Of a stretch of 64,000 bases of DNA, positions 27,331 to 37,587 are shown piece after piece. Numbering within the stretch: position 1 is the first letter of the stretch; the number at the start of each line of letters is the position of its first letter. This DNA comes from Desulfobacterales bacterium (GTDB lineage: Bacteria; Desulfobacterota; Desulfobacteria; Desulfobacterales; SURF-7): contig JABHLN010000001.1 of the NCBI GenBank assembly GCA_018693105.1, positions 4,750 to 68,749 of the forward strand, read 5' to 3'. The notes beneath the pieces were generated by a model. The model had not been told where the DNA came from and searched no databases. It saw only the letters and a list, made by a program, of their open reading frames with translations. A program made the position numbers and the translations under genes.

Positions 27331-27951
27331 CTAAGTAATAACAGGCAGAACTTCCTCTGCAAAGAACTCAAAAAAAGGCCCGCGATACTTTTTTATATAA
27401 TGCATAATATCATTTGATTCGTTATAATCAGGAGTATCTGATACAAATTTAAAAACTATACATTCAATCCTGAACTTTCTACACGCCTGAACAACAGATG
27501 CTGCCTCCATATCGCATAGCCCTGCATGTTGAGAAACCTCTTTTCGTTTTTCATGAGATATAACGGCCCTGTCCTGTGTTGCAACTTTTGCAGTCCTGAA
27601 ACCATCCAGCACCATGGGTTTATGCACAAATGCCCTGCCGGATTTAAACTCAGGTCTGTCGTATTCAACTATTTCGTTTATGTGGTAGATATCTCCCACA
27701 GAGGAAGTTAAATCAGTAGCACCCGCAGCCCCAAGATTACATACGAGTTCGGGCTTATATTTATCACAGCAGTACATTGCACCCATGGCAGCATTTGCCT
27801 TGCCGATACCGGAAATAACAATAACAATATTATCATTCATAAAAACCAGAAAAGGGTCTCTTTCTGTTCGTATTAGTGACATACCCTCAACAAAAGGCTT
27901 TGCCTCGCCCATGGTTGCCATTACAATCCCGATCACAGGATTTTTTTCCAT
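27331..27951 (-). CDS. mqnB: Futalosine hydrolase (PNP/UDP-1 nucleosidase fold)
   Basis: 206 aa of the nucleosidase family (IVISGIGKANAAMGA, DMEAASV). Embedded in the mqn cluster. Confidence 0.7.
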   Translation of the reverse strand: MEKNPVIGIVMATMGEAKPFVEGMSLIRTERDPFLVFMNDNIVIVISGIGKANAAMGAMYCCDKYKPELVCNLGAAGATDLTSSVGDIYHINEIVEYDRPEFKSGRAFVHKPMVLDGFRTAKVATQDRAVISHEKRKEVSQHAGLCDMEAASVVQACRKFRIECIVFKFVSDTPDYNESNDIMHYIKKYRGPFFEFFAEEVLPVIT

Positions 27952-28751
27952 TGTGCCATCTCCTCAAGTGTCCTGACAGCCTTTGCGCCCTTATCTCCAA
28001 GTGATATTGTAAAATCATTCACATAAAGGTCAATATGCCCGTCAATTACATCGTCGTCAAGCTCCTGTGCATGCAGTTTAACATATTCCCGTGAGGCGCT
28101 CCTGTTTTCAAATGCATACTCCACAGATCGCCTGATAAGAGACTCAATTTCCTTCTTATAATCAATCACCGGATGATCTTTTAGTAACGCTATGCAGCCC
28201 AGGGGAATCGGCGAACCTGTCTCTTCCTCCCACCATTCACCAAGATCAACGATCTTCCTGCAATCATATTGGTGATAAATAAACCGTCCTTCATGTATAA
28301 TCACCCCGGCATCATATTTCCCTGATCGAACACCATCAAGGATATTGTCAAACTGTATAAACTCTACATTACTCATTTCAGGTTTCCATAGTTTAAGTAA
28401 AAGCCATGCCGTCGTGTGTTCACCGGGCACGGCAATTCTTGCACCATGTTTAGGTATGCCGGAAGACCTTCCCACAAGAAGCGGCCCGCATCCGTATCCA
28501 AGGGCCGCGCCCGAATCAAGGATCTCATACCTGTCTCTCAGCTTTAGCCATGCATGAAAAGAAAGCTTTGTGATATGAAAGGCTCTGGAAAAAGCACGTA
28601 TGTTTAATTCCTCCACATCATGAAGGTGCGGAGTAAAACCGAATTCGCCTGTATTTATACATCCATGCAGCATAGCATGGAATATAAAAGTATCATTCGG
28701 GCATGTGGAAAATCCGATATCAAGTGATTCCATTACTTCATTCTCCTGCAA
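27933..28751 (-). CDS. mqnD: 1,4-dihydroxy-6-naphthoate synthase
   Basis: 272 aa. N-terminus LDIGFSTCPNDTFIFHAMLHG is typical of MqnD (VitK2_biosynth family). Confidence 0.75.
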   Translation of the reverse strand: MQENEVMESLDIGFSTCPNDTFIFHAMLHGCINTGEFGFTPHLHDVEELNIRAFSRAFHITKLSFHAWLKLRDRYEILDSGAALGYGCGPLLVGRSSGIPKHGARIAVPGEHTTAWLLLKLWKPEMSNVEFIQFDNILDGVRSGKYDAGVIIHEGRFIYHQYDCRKIVDLGEWWEEETGSPIPLGCIALLKDHPVIDYKKEIESLIRRSVEYAFENRSASREYVKLHAQELDDDVIDGHIDLYVNDFTISLGDKGAKAVRTLEEMAQWKKIL

Positions 28752-29455
28752 ATAATTATCGAAGCAACACCAAATGTCTGCAGATGGTGAGTAGTAGAAA
28801 CAAACCCGTATTTTTCAAGCATAACCTCTAAGTCAAGAGGATCAATAAATGTAGCTATGGTACCGGAAAGATATTTGTAAGCTATCCTTTCTCCGGAAAT
28901 CATACCACCTATAAAAGGTAGTATCTTCCCAAGGTACATGGAGTAAAGGCTGCTAATAATTTTATTGGCCGGCCTAACAAGCTCCAGTATTACGAATTGT
29001 CCGCCGGGAATAATTACTCTGTGTACCTCCCTGATAAAATTATCAAGATCAGGAATATTTCTGATGCCGAAAGCAATGGTTGCAGTATGGAACGTGTTAT
29101 CGGAAAAGGGTATCCTGCTTGCATCAGCAGCAACGGAATCTCCGCAAAGGGCATTTTTCTCAATACCCCGCCTCAGCATGTTCATAGAAAAATCCAGAGA
29201 AAACAACCTTGCCTCATTTTTATCAAGAAGCCTTGAAAGGTCACCGGTACCGCAGCACAGATCAATAACAGGTTTTCCCTTCACCGGGTCAATAAGACGA
29301 AATATGTTTTTTCTCCACAGGGTATCAATTCCTGCAGAGAGCACATGATTTAAAAGGTCATAAGTAGGCACAATGGAGTCAAAGAGATTCTGAATAAACC
29401 TTTTCTTTTCTTCAGGAGCTTTATTGTTTATCTCATATGAAACAGGGTCTTTCAC
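28733..29455 (-). CDS. ubiE: Demethylmenaquinone methyltransferase (UbiE/MenG family)
   Basis: FDSIVPTYDLLNHVLSAGIDTLWRK and the SAM motif VIDLCCGTGD. Confidence 0.8.
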   Translation of the reverse strand: MKDPVSYEINNKAPEEKKRFIQNLFDSIVPTYDLLNHVLSAGIDTLWRKNIFRLIDPVKGKPVIDLCCGTGDLSRLLDKNEARLFSLDFSMNMLRRGIEKNALCGDSVAADASRIPFSDNTFHTATIAFGIRNIPDLDNFIREVHRVIIPGGQFVILELVRPANKIISSLYSMYLGKILPFIGGMISGERIAYKYLSGTIATFIDPLDLEVMLEKYGFVSTTHHLQTFGVASIIICRRMK

Positions 29456-30516
29456 GAGTATTTCCTTATTATATTGTATCCGGAATCTCTCTTTACAGGA
29501 ATCTTTCCGGCATTCCTTATTATTTCTACCAGTTCATCCATATTGGTCATGGTCTCAATGCCGGTTGCCTTTACTACAACCTCCTCCATAAGTACGCCCC
29601 CCATATCATTTGCGCCGGAAGTAAGAGCTATCTGGGCCAGCTTCATACCTTCGGTAAGCCATCCAGCCTGAATATATATAATGTTATCAAGAAATATCCG
29701 CCCGATGGCAACGATTTTAAGATACTCAATACCTGTTGCAGGAGTAATATATTCCAACCCGGTACGAGCAGGTGAAAATGACCAGGGAATAAAAGCACGT
29801 ATTATTCCTGTCTGATCCTGAACATTACGAATAACCCTGAGGTGTTCAATCTGTTCCGCACTTGTCTCTCCCATTCCGTAGGTCATAGTAGCAGAAGATT
29901 TCATACCATAGATGCAAAGCGTATTCATGACTTCACACCACTGGGTAACAGTAATTTTTTTCGGGCTTACCTTCTTTCTAATCCTTTCCACAAGAAGATC
30001 CGAAGCCCCTGGTACTGAATCAAGACCAGCCTCTTTCAAAGACTTAACTATTTCATCAAGGGTTATGTTGTTCTTGCGGGATATATGAGCCAGCTCTGCA
30101 GGGGAAAATGAATGGAGAAAAATCTTCGGAAATTTTTTCTTAATAGTTCTTACCATTTCAAGATATGTATCAAAAGTATAATCCGGATGAAGCCCTCCCT
30201 GTAGCATAACCTGGGATCCTCCGGCATCTACAAGCTCCTGAACCTTTTCACATATTTCATGGATTGAAAGACTATATGCTTCAATATGATCTGCTCTTGC
30301 ATGAAAGGCACAGAAAGAGCATGAAGCTTCGCAGATATTTGTAAAATTTATTATCCTGTCGATTATAAACCCAACCTCCTCCTGTGGAAACACAAGACCA
30401 CGTCTCATGTCTCCTGCTTTTGCAAGATCAATAAAATCCCAGGAATAAAGTTCAAGGGCTTCTTCGGCAGTTATTCTCCCGCCGTCATATATTTTCCGTT
30501 TAAGTCTGTTTTCCAT
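29452..30516 (-). CDS. mqnC: Radical SAM menaquinone enzyme, probably cyclic dehypoxanthine futalosine synthase
   Basis: 354 aa with FIIDRIINFTNICEASCSFCAF (C-x3-C-x2-C). The MqnC versus MqnE assignment rests on the motif context and is tentative. Confidence 0.6.
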   Translation of the reverse strand: MENRLKRKIYDGGRITAEEALELYSWDFIDLAKAGDMRRGLVFPQEEVGFIIDRIINFTNICEASCSFCAFHARADHIEAYSLSIHEICEKVQELVDAGGSQVMLQGGLHPDYTFDTYLEMVRTIKKKFPKIFLHSFSPAELAHISRKNNITLDEIVKSLKEAGLDSVPGASDLLVERIRKKVSPKKITVTQWCEVMNTLCIYGMKSSATMTYGMGETSAEQIEHLRVIRNVQDQTGIIRAFIPWSFSPARTGLEYITPATGIEYLKIVAIGRIFLDNIIYIQAGWLTEGMKLAQIALTSGANDMGGVLMEEVVVKATGIETMTNMDELVEIIRNAGKIPVKRDSGYNIIRKYS

Positions 30517-30526
30517 ACATTCTTTT

Positions 30527-31348
30527 TTAAAAATACTTTAATCTTTCCACTTTTCTTATCAATTCCAGATCACCGGCCGTTTTAAAATAAAAGTTCAGGG
30601 CCTCTTTCAAATCATCGGTAAATTCGAACTGCAACAGGTTGTAATATTCATCAATATCATACTCTACGTCAGGATATTTTCTGACAGCTTCTGCGATAAG
30701 ATCAGATTTCTCGTTTTTAAGACATTCAAGGGCATTATGATAAGATTCTATGACCGAACCTATCTTTTCCCTATATTTATCCACAACGTTTTCTCTAACG
30801 GCAAAAACGGCAAACACAACTGGAAAGCCGGTCTTCTCAAGCCATAGTTTACCAAGATCATACACTTTTATACCGGGCCCGGCTTTATACACCATTGCCT
30901 CATTGCCGATTAAAAGAGAGGCATCAAGACCATCCAATGATGGCATTGGACCTGAGGTTACATACTCCGGGACAGAATTGTAATAATTGGTCATAAGAGT
31001 CTTTAAAAGTACAACGGATGTATGGGATGCACTAGTAATTCCTATCTTTCTTTTGTCCAGATCTTCTATTCCAACCTTGCTCGCAAGAATAACAGATCCA
31101 ACATAACCGACTGAACTCAGGCAGAAATCAGGAAGCACGAGTACTTCATCATAAACATCAGCACAGGTAGCTGAGGATATTGGACTCATATCAAGTTTAT
31201 TTGTAATCAGCATCTCATTTAACATGCTTGGATAACCTGCATGAATACTAACACCATCTACCGGTTTTTTCTCAAACATGTGGTAGTAGAAAGGATAACA
31301 GTTAAGATAATCTATGTAGCCCAGTTTCATTATTATATTCTCTTTCAA
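30527..31348 (-). CDS. mqnA: Chorismate dehydratase
   Basis: 273 aa of the VitK2_biosynth/PBP-like family (KLGYIDYLNCYPFYY). ATGA overlap with the upstream radical SAM gene. Confidence 0.7.
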   Translation of the reverse strand: MKENIIMKLGYIDYLNCYPFYYHMFEKKPVDGVSIHAGYPSMLNEMLITNKLDMSPISSATCADVYDEVLVLPDFCLSSVGYVGSVILASKVGIEDLDKRKIGITSASHTSVVLLKTLMTNYYNSVPEYVTSGPMPSLDGLDASLLIGNEAMVYKAGPGIKVYDLGKLWLEKTGFPVVFAVFAVRENVVDKYREKIGSVIESYHNALECLKNEKSDLIAEAVRKYPDVEYDIDEYYNLLQFEFTDDLKEALNFYFKTAGDLELIRKVERLKYF

Positions 31349-32436
31349 TTATTCCTGTAATCTGCGGCAGTCCTTACAGCCTTAAATCCAGCAGTCTCTA
31401 TAAGCCGTCTCAGGAAAGATTCTGTTCCATAATCAGGTGTTTTGGCACCTGCGGCATGGACAACTTTTTCATTGTGATAGGTTGCACCAATATCGTCAAC
31501 GCCGAAGTTCTGAAGAGTCTGGGCCATCTTGTCGCCAATATACATCCAAAGGGCTTTTATGTGAGGAACATTTTGCAGAACAATTCTGCTGGTGGAATAT
31601 ATGCGTATATCGTCATATCCTGTTGAGAGGCCTTTTGATTTCACCTGTGTATTTCCTTCATGAAACTGAAGCGGAACAAGTGTTTTAAAACCTCCGGTCT
31701 CGTCTTGAAGAGCACGGATTTTCAATAGATGGTCTGCAATATCACCTGCAGTCTCCAGGTGATTATACAAAATAGTTGCATTGGTCTTAAGTCCTGCTTT
31801 ATGAGCAGTTAGCATCACATCGAGCCATTTTTCACCTGATATTTTTTTAGGAGCAATTTTCTCCCGGATTTCCGGGCTAAATATTTCAGCGCCGCCTCCC
31901 GGCACTGCATCAACCCCCGCATCAATAAGCCTTTTAAACACCTCTTCAAGTGATAAGTTATTTACTTTTGCAAAATATTCATATTCAACTGCAGTAAAGG
32001 CCACTATATGGATATCCGGTTTTACTCTCTTTATTATCCTGAGCATTTTTTCAAAATAACCAAGCTTCAGCTCAGGATGGAGCCCTCCGACAATATGAAC
32101 CTCGTCTATACCTTCACCAACAGCTCTATTCATCCTTTCTTCAATTTCACCATGACTGAGAAGAAAAGCATTTTCATCATGCATATCACAGGAAAAAGCA
32201 CACAACGGGCATCGGAGTTCACATATATTGGTATAATTAAGGTTCATGTTTACACCATAATATGTAATGTCACCGTGCCACTTTTTCCTGAGATAATCCG
32301 CTATAATACCAAGATCAAGAATATCGTTTGTACTAAGCATATATAAGGCGTCTTCCATGCTCACAGGTATATCTCCGCAAACCTTGCCGGCAATCTCCTG
32401 AAGTTTTTTATTATTTATTCTATCTGTTAAGTTCAT
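31345..32436 (-). CDS. mqnE: Radical SAM menaquinone enzyme, probably aminofutalosine synthase
   Basis: 363 aa with NLNYTNICELRCPLCAF. Adjacent to and overlapping mqnA. The MqnE versus MqnC call is tentative. Confidence 0.6.
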   Translation of the reverse strand: MNLTDRINNKKLQEIAGKVCGDIPVSMEDALYMLSTNDILDLGIIADYLRKKWHGDITYYGVNMNLNYTNICELRCPLCAFSCDMHDENAFLLSHGEIEERMNRAVGEGIDEVHIVGGLHPELKLGYFEKMLRIIKRVKPDIHIVAFTAVEYEYFAKVNNLSLEEVFKRLIDAGVDAVPGGGAEIFSPEIREKIAPKKISGEKWLDVMLTAHKAGLKTNATILYNHLETAGDIADHLLKIRALQDETGGFKTLVPLQFHEGNTQVKSKGLSTGYDDIRIYSTSRIVLQNVPHIKALWMYIGDKMAQTLQNFGVDDIGATYHNEKVVHAAGAKTPDYGTESFLRRLIETAGFKAVRTAADYRNN

Positions 32437-32457
32437 AATAAATATTTTTCACCCATT

Positions 32458-33054
32458 TTATTCACTCGATCCCCAGCTGTTTAAGAGGCTTTGTTTTCTA
32501 CCCAGAAGATTCAGCAACTTTCCAACAATAAAATCCACAACATCATCAATAGTTTCAGGATGTGTATAGAAACCCGGAACAGGAGGAACCATTTCAGCAC
32601 CTGCAACCATGGCCTTTCGCATATTCTCAACATGGATAAGATTCAAAGGGGTTTCTCTTGGAACGATAATACACCTTCTCTTTTCTTTAAAAGCTACGTC
32701 ACATGTACGAACAATAAGATTATCAGCATAACCGCTTGCAATAGCTGAAAGAGTCTTCATTGAACACGGTACTACGACAACTGCCTCAAATTCTGATGAA
32801 CCGCTGGCAGACGGTGAAAAAAAATCACTATTTTCATACTCCTTTAATAGTCCGATTTTTCTTGTTACACCCCTCTTTTCTAACAGGTCTTTCAGGGAAG
32901 TATAAGCGCTATTGTTTAAAACTTCGTGCTCTATAATCTTTCTGCCGGTCTTTGATACAATTGCAGCCACTTCTTCTTCAAGATTCAGAAGTTCCTCAAT
33001 AAGTCTTATGCCCATTATCGGCCCGCTGGCCCCTGAAATAGCGACAATTATCAT
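32458..33054 (-). CDS. ubiX: Flavin prenyltransferase UbiX family
   Basis: 198 aa. Motifs IIVAISGASGPIMGIRLIEEL and VVVPCSMKTLSAIASG. Confidence 0.85.
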   Translation of the reverse strand: MIIVAISGASGPIMGIRLIEELLNLEEEVAAIVSKTGRKIIEHEVLNNSAYTSLKDLLEKRGVTRKIGLLKEYENSDFFSPSASGSSEFEAVVVVPCSMKTLSAIASGYADNLIVRTCDVAFKEKRRCIIVPRETPLNLIHVENMRKAMVAGAEMVPPVPGFYTHPETIDDVVDFIVGKLLNLLGRKQSLLNSWGSSE

Positions 33055-33102
33055 TTTATTTCCCCCCCCGATAAGGAATGATTTATATTTATTTTCACGG
33101 TT

Positions 33103-33945
33103 TCAAAAAAAATAAACATCCAGAAAGGTTCCGAAAAAAAGTATGGGAGATACAAACATATTGACCTTGAAGAAACTTTTTATAGCCAAAGACATATCCT
33201 CATTTCGTGCAAGTTTCTGCTGGTATAAGAATATCTTTCCTATACAAACAAGACTCAACCAGTAAAAAATTCTCCTGTCGGTCAATATCCCTGCTGCAAT
33301 CAATGAACTCATCGACAGCACATAACATGAAGCCGAAATTCTCAATGCCTTTATTTTTCCAAAACGTGAAGGTATTGAATGGAGGTTCTCATCCCTGTCA
33401 AATTCAGTGTCCTGCAAAGCATATACGATATCAAGACCTGCAATCCAGAACATTATAACCAGCCCGAGAATAAATGGAATAATAGTAAATCTACCTGAAA
33501 CAGCAAGGTATCCGCCTATAGGTGCCGCCGCTTCTACAAAACCAAGATAAAAATGAGATGATGATGAAAAACGTTTGAAATATGAATAAGTAAAAAGTAG
33601 AACAACCGCCACAAAAGAAAGGTAGAAGCATAGCATGTTAAGCTTATAAGACGAGATAATAAGAATGATGGAAAATATTACTGCAGTCAGCCAGACTGTT
33701 GCAGGTTTTACTTCACCTTTCGGTATCAACCGGTCGCTGGTGCGTGGATTTTTTGCGTCAATTTCTGCATCTATGACCCTGTTGAATGACATACCTGCAG
33801 TTCTTGCAGCTGAAAGGGCAATAGTCACCCATACCCATGATATGATAGTTCCACCACCGGCAAAAAGAACACCAAGATAAGCAAAAGGCAATGCAAAAAG
33901 AGTCTGTTCAAGCATTATGAGCCTGGAAAACTTCTTAAAATCCAT
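33103..33945 (-). CDS. UbiA-family aromatic prenyltransferase (probable 1,4-dihydroxy-6-naphthoate prenyltransferase)
   Basis: Polytopic membrane protein with the NRVIDAEIDAKNPRT motif (N-x3-D-x3-D). I prefer the start at 33945 (MDFKKF...). The ORF track extends to 33969. Confidence 0.75.
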   Translation of the reverse strand: MDFKKFSRLIMLEQTLFALPFAYLGVLFAGGGTIISWVWVTIALSAARTAGMSFNRVIDAEIDAKNPRTSDRLIPKGEVKPATVWLTAVIFSIILIISSYKLNMLCFYLSFVAVVLLFTYSYFKRFSSSSHFYLGFVEAAAPIGGYLAVSGRFTIIPFILGLVIMFWIAGLDIVYALQDTEFDRDENLHSIPSRFGKIKALRISASCYVLSMSSLIAAGILTDRRIFYWLSLVCIGKIFLYQQKLARNEDMSLAIKSFFKVNMFVSPILFFGTFLDVYFF

Positions 33946-35380
33946 ATTCTTTCCATCTTTTTTCCACAAGCGCTCTGATTTCTTCAGACATTTTTATCTC
34001 TTCGGGCCATTCACGCCCCATACCTTCTTCACGGGTTTTTCTGGTAGCATCTATCCCCATCTTTCCTCCGAAATTTGCATAAGAAGCAGAATGGTCAAGT
34101 GCGTCAAGAGGTCCCTGGGAAAATATAAGGTCCCTCCTAGGATCAACATTGTTTAGAAGCTTCCATACTACAGTGCTTGAATCTCTTAAATCGATATCAT
34201 CATCAAAAACCGCTATAAATTTGGTCGAAGACATCTGTCCTAGACCCCATAGTGCGTTTATTACTTTGTTGGCATGCCCGGAGAATTTTTTATCTATGGA
34301 TACAAGTGCACAATTGTGAAAAACACCTTCCATTGGAAGTTCCATGTCTATAATTTCAGGAAGGATGGTCTTTATAACAGGCATAAACAGCCGTTCCGTG
34401 GCCTTTGCCATGTAACAGTCTTCCATAGGAGGTTTGCCGACAATAGTAGCAGGATACACGGCATCTTTTCTGCAGGTAATACATGTTACATGAAATACCG
34501 GGTAATCATCTGCAGGAGAATAAAATCCGGTATGATCACCAAAAGGGCCTTCCACTTTAATTTCTTCGGGGTCAACATATCCTTCGATGATAAAATCAGA
34601 TTCGGCAGGAACCATTATATCAACGGTTTTTGCCTTAACAATTTCAACAGGTTTTGAATTGATAAAGCCTGCAAAAATATATTCATCAATATCCGGTGGA
34701 AGAGGTGCCGTAGCTGCATAGGTAACGGCAGGAGAACCCCCTAAAGCAACAACGACATCCATACGCTTACCAAGATTCTTATATTTATCAAAATGCCTTG
34801 TTCCGTCCTTATTATACTGCCAGTGCATGCCGGTAGTATTATTGTCATATTTATGCATCCTGTACATACCTGCATTCTGGATCCCCGAATCAGGATCTTT
34901 AGTTATTACAATAGGCAGTGTAACAAATGGTCCGCCATCATGGGGCCAGCATGTAAGTATAGGGAGCTTGTCAAGCATTGGACCGGAATCATCAAAAATG
35001 ACTTCCTGGCAGGGAGCATGCCTGACTTTTTTGGGAAGAATATCTGCCACCTGTTTTAGTGTAAAAAGCATTTTGATTTTTTCGGTTAATGTTTTAGGAG
35101 GCTGAATATTTATATTTGCCTCAAGTTTTTCTGAAATTTCTTCTAAGGAATTGCAGTTAAGCGCATATTCCATACGCCTGTAACTCCCGAACGCATTTAT
35201 AAGAAGCGGAAATGAATATCCTCTAACATTTTCAAACAAAAGCGCAGGGCCATTAGTTTTACTCATTCTATCCGCAATCTCGGTTATTTCCAGAACCGGA
35301 TCAACCTCAACAGAAACCCTTCGAAGCTCCCCTGCCTCTTCCAGAAACTTTATAAATTGTTGTAAATTATTGTAAATCAT
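33935..35380 (-). CDS. ubiD: UbiD-family decarboxylase (menaquinone-associated)
   Basis: The N-terminus MIYNNLQQFIKFLEEAGELRRV is typical of UbiD, so I prefer the start at 35380. The ORF track extends to 35449. Confidence 0.8.
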   Translation of the reverse strand: MIYNNLQQFIKFLEEAGELRRVSVEVDPVLEITEIADRMSKTNGPALLFENVRGYSFPLLINAFGSYRRMEYALNCNSLEEISEKLEANINIQPPKTLTEKIKMLFTLKQVADILPKKVRHAPCQEVIFDDSGPMLDKLPILTCWPHDGGPFVTLPIVITKDPDSGIQNAGMYRMHKYDNNTTGMHWQYNKDGTRHFDKYKNLGKRMDVVVALGGSPAVTYAATAPLPPDIDEYIFAGFINSKPVEIVKAKTVDIMVPAESDFIIEGYVDPEEIKVEGPFGDHTGFYSPADDYPVFHVTCITCRKDAVYPATIVGKPPMEDCYMAKATERLFMPVIKTILPEIIDMELPMEGVFHNCALVSIDKKFSGHANKVINALWGLGQMSSTKFIAVFDDDIDLRDSSTVVWKLLNNVDPRRDLIFSQGPLDALDHSASYANFGGKMGIDATRKTREEGMGREWPEEIKMSEEIRALVEKRWKEYGF

Positions 35381-35547
35381 AATCAAATTAACCTTTTTTG
35401 TTAAATAAATGATTATAAAAAAACCGGACTTCAGTGTCAAGGATGGCATTTTTATCTGTAATAAAATCCTGAATTAATAGCCTCATATTCATATCAATGA
35501 TCATATCCATTGTTTTTTTATCTAAATTTATGCAATATATAATTTGT

Positions 35548-35700
35548 GATGGCGTCGTAAAAAGTCTCCATCTACTGCGTTATAGCATTTGGCCAGATGC
35601 TTGACATACTGCATGTATGCCTTCACACCTGGCCAAAAACTATGCCTTGGATATGAAGATTTTTACTTAGCCATCAGTTATATATTTTACGAGTTCATCA
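35548..35700 (+). mobile_element. MITE-like element, family A, full copy
   Basis: Flanked by the 6-bp duplication ATTTGT (35542-35547 and 35701-35706). Lies 81 bp upstream of the aor start. Confidence 0.8.
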
Positions 35701-35781
35701 ATTTGTGGTGGATATGCAGATTTATACTTAACCTTTTCCGATTAATCAAAAACGAAGAAACAGAAACGAATAAAGGGAAAA

Positions 35782-37557
35782 ATGCACGGCTTTTTTGGAA
35801 GAATTCTGAAAGTAGATCTCGAGCGGGAAAAATATTCAATTGAATCGATAAGTGATGACATATTCGAAAAATATTCCGGGGGCAAGGGACTTGCATCATG
35901 GCTTCTATACACTCACAATCCTGTAGGCATTGATCCGTTTGATCCGGATAACTGCCTGATATTTGCAACCGGACCTGTCACCGGAAGTTCTGTCTGGGGA
36001 TCAAGCAGGTACGGGGTCTTTACAAAATCACCACAGACAGGACTATATTCCGAATCATATTCAGGCGGAAGGGTACCTGAAGCTATTAATGCTTCAGGGT
36101 TTGACGCAATCTTAATCCATGGTAAAAGCAGTGAGCCGAGTCTCCTGTCAATTCATCCTGACGGTGCAGATTTCCATAAGGCCGGAAATATATGGGGATT
36201 GGATACGTACAGGGCTGAAGACGCAGTTAATAAAAAATTTAAAGGTCTTTATGGTAGTCATAAAACTGACAATTATAAAAAATCGGGTACTATTGTAATC
36301 GGTCCTGCAGGTGAAAAGCTTGTAAAGTTTGCAGTTATTGAAAATGATTACTGGCGTTCAGCAGGAAGAACCGGAACCGGTACAGTAATGGGTTCAAAGC
36401 GGCTTAAAGCAATTTTCTTTACAGGTGATAAAAAGCGCCTGCTGTTCAATAAAAACAAGGTTCTTGCATTTTCAAAAGAACTTGCAAAAGAAGGCCGGGA
36501 CGACCCGGGTGTTCTGGCCTACAAAAGCATGGGTACTCCCATGATGGTCAAAATTTTAAATAATGCCAATGCTTTTCCTACTCGTTACTGGGCTGAAGGA
36601 AGGTGCAGCCACTGGCAAAAAATCAGCGCTGAAGCCTTGCATGATAGATGCAGCGTAAAACCTAATGCATGTGCAAAATGCTTCATAGCATGCGGACGTA
36701 TGACAACAATAAAAAATGGCCGTCATGCCGGTTTGAAAATTGAAGGCCCTGAGTACGAGACCATATACTCATTTGGTGGCTTGTGCCTTGTCGACAGTAT
36801 AGAAGAAATTGCATATCTGAACGACATATGCGACAAAATGGGTATGGATACAATAACAGCCGGCAACCTGTGCGCATTCACAATAGAAGCTTCAAAAAAA
36901 GGAAAAATAGACTATAAAATCGAATATGGGGATGTCGATGCCATTGCAGATCTGCTTTATAAAATAGCAAACAAAGAGGATATAGGTAAAATCCTGTCTG
37001 AAGGAATAATTTATGCAGCAAAAAAATGGGATATGGAGGATATTGCTGTTCATACTAAAGGTCTCGAACCCGCCGGATATGACCCGCGGGTTTTAAAGGG
37101 AATGGGGCTGGCCTATGCCACATCAGACAGGGGAGCTTGTCATTTAAGATCAACATTTTACAAACCTGAACTTAGCGGAGTAATCGATCCTGACCAGACA
37201 AAGGGCAAGGCTGAACTGTTTATAGATTTTGAAGACCGCCTGACAATATTTGATACACTTATCCTGTGCCGCTTTTACCGGGATCTTTATCCCTGGGAAA
37301 AGCTTGAAGAAATATTCCAGCAAGTAACAGGTATAAGTACAGACAAGAATAGCCTGAAAATAATTTCATCATCAATTTCAGATATTATCCGAAGGTTTAA
37401 TATCAGGGAGGGGATGAAACCCGAAGATGACAAGCTTCCGGAAAAGCTCCATACAAAGCTTGAAAAAACAGGGCATACAATTACAAAAAAAGAGATTAAA
37501 ACTATGGTCGGAGATTATTACCAGCTTCGCGGATGGGATAAAAACGGTATACCATGA
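35782..37557 (+). CDS. aor: Aldehyde:ferredoxin oxidoreductase (tungstopterin AOR family)
   Basis: 591 aa. N-terminus MHGFFGRILKVDLEREK is typical of AOR, and both the N-terminal and the C-terminal AOR domains are recognisable. Confidence 0.85.
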   Translation: MHGFFGRILKVDLEREKYSIESISDDIFEKYSGGKGLASWLLYTHNPVGIDPFDPDNCLIFATGPVTGSSVWGSSRYGVFTKSPQTGLYSESYSGGRVPEAINASGFDAILIHGKSSEPSLLSIHPDGADFHKAGNIWGLDTYRAEDAVNKKFKGLYGSHKTDNYKKSGTIVIGPAGEKLVKFAVIENDYWRSAGRTGTGTVMGSKRLKAIFFTGDKKRLLFNKNKVLAFSKELAKEGRDDPGVLAYKSMGTPMMVKILNNANAFPTRYWAEGRCSHWQKISAEALHDRCSVKPNACAKCFIACGRMTTIKNGRHAGLKIEGPEYETIYSFGGLCLVDSIEEIAYLNDICDKMGMDTITAGNLCAFTIEASKKGKIDYKIEYGDVDAIADLLYKIANKEDIGKILSEGIIYAAKKWDMEDIAVHTKGLEPAGYDPRVLKGMGLAYATSDRGACHLRSTFYKPELSGVIDPDQTKGKAELFIDFEDRLTIFDTLILCRFYRDLYPWEKLEEIFQQVTGISTDKNSLKIISSSISDIIRRFNIREGMKPEDDKLPEKLHTKLEKTGHTITKKEIKTMVGDYYQLRGWDKNGIP

Positions 37558-37587
37558 TGCATCAGCTTTTTAAAACGCCGTCAAGAT

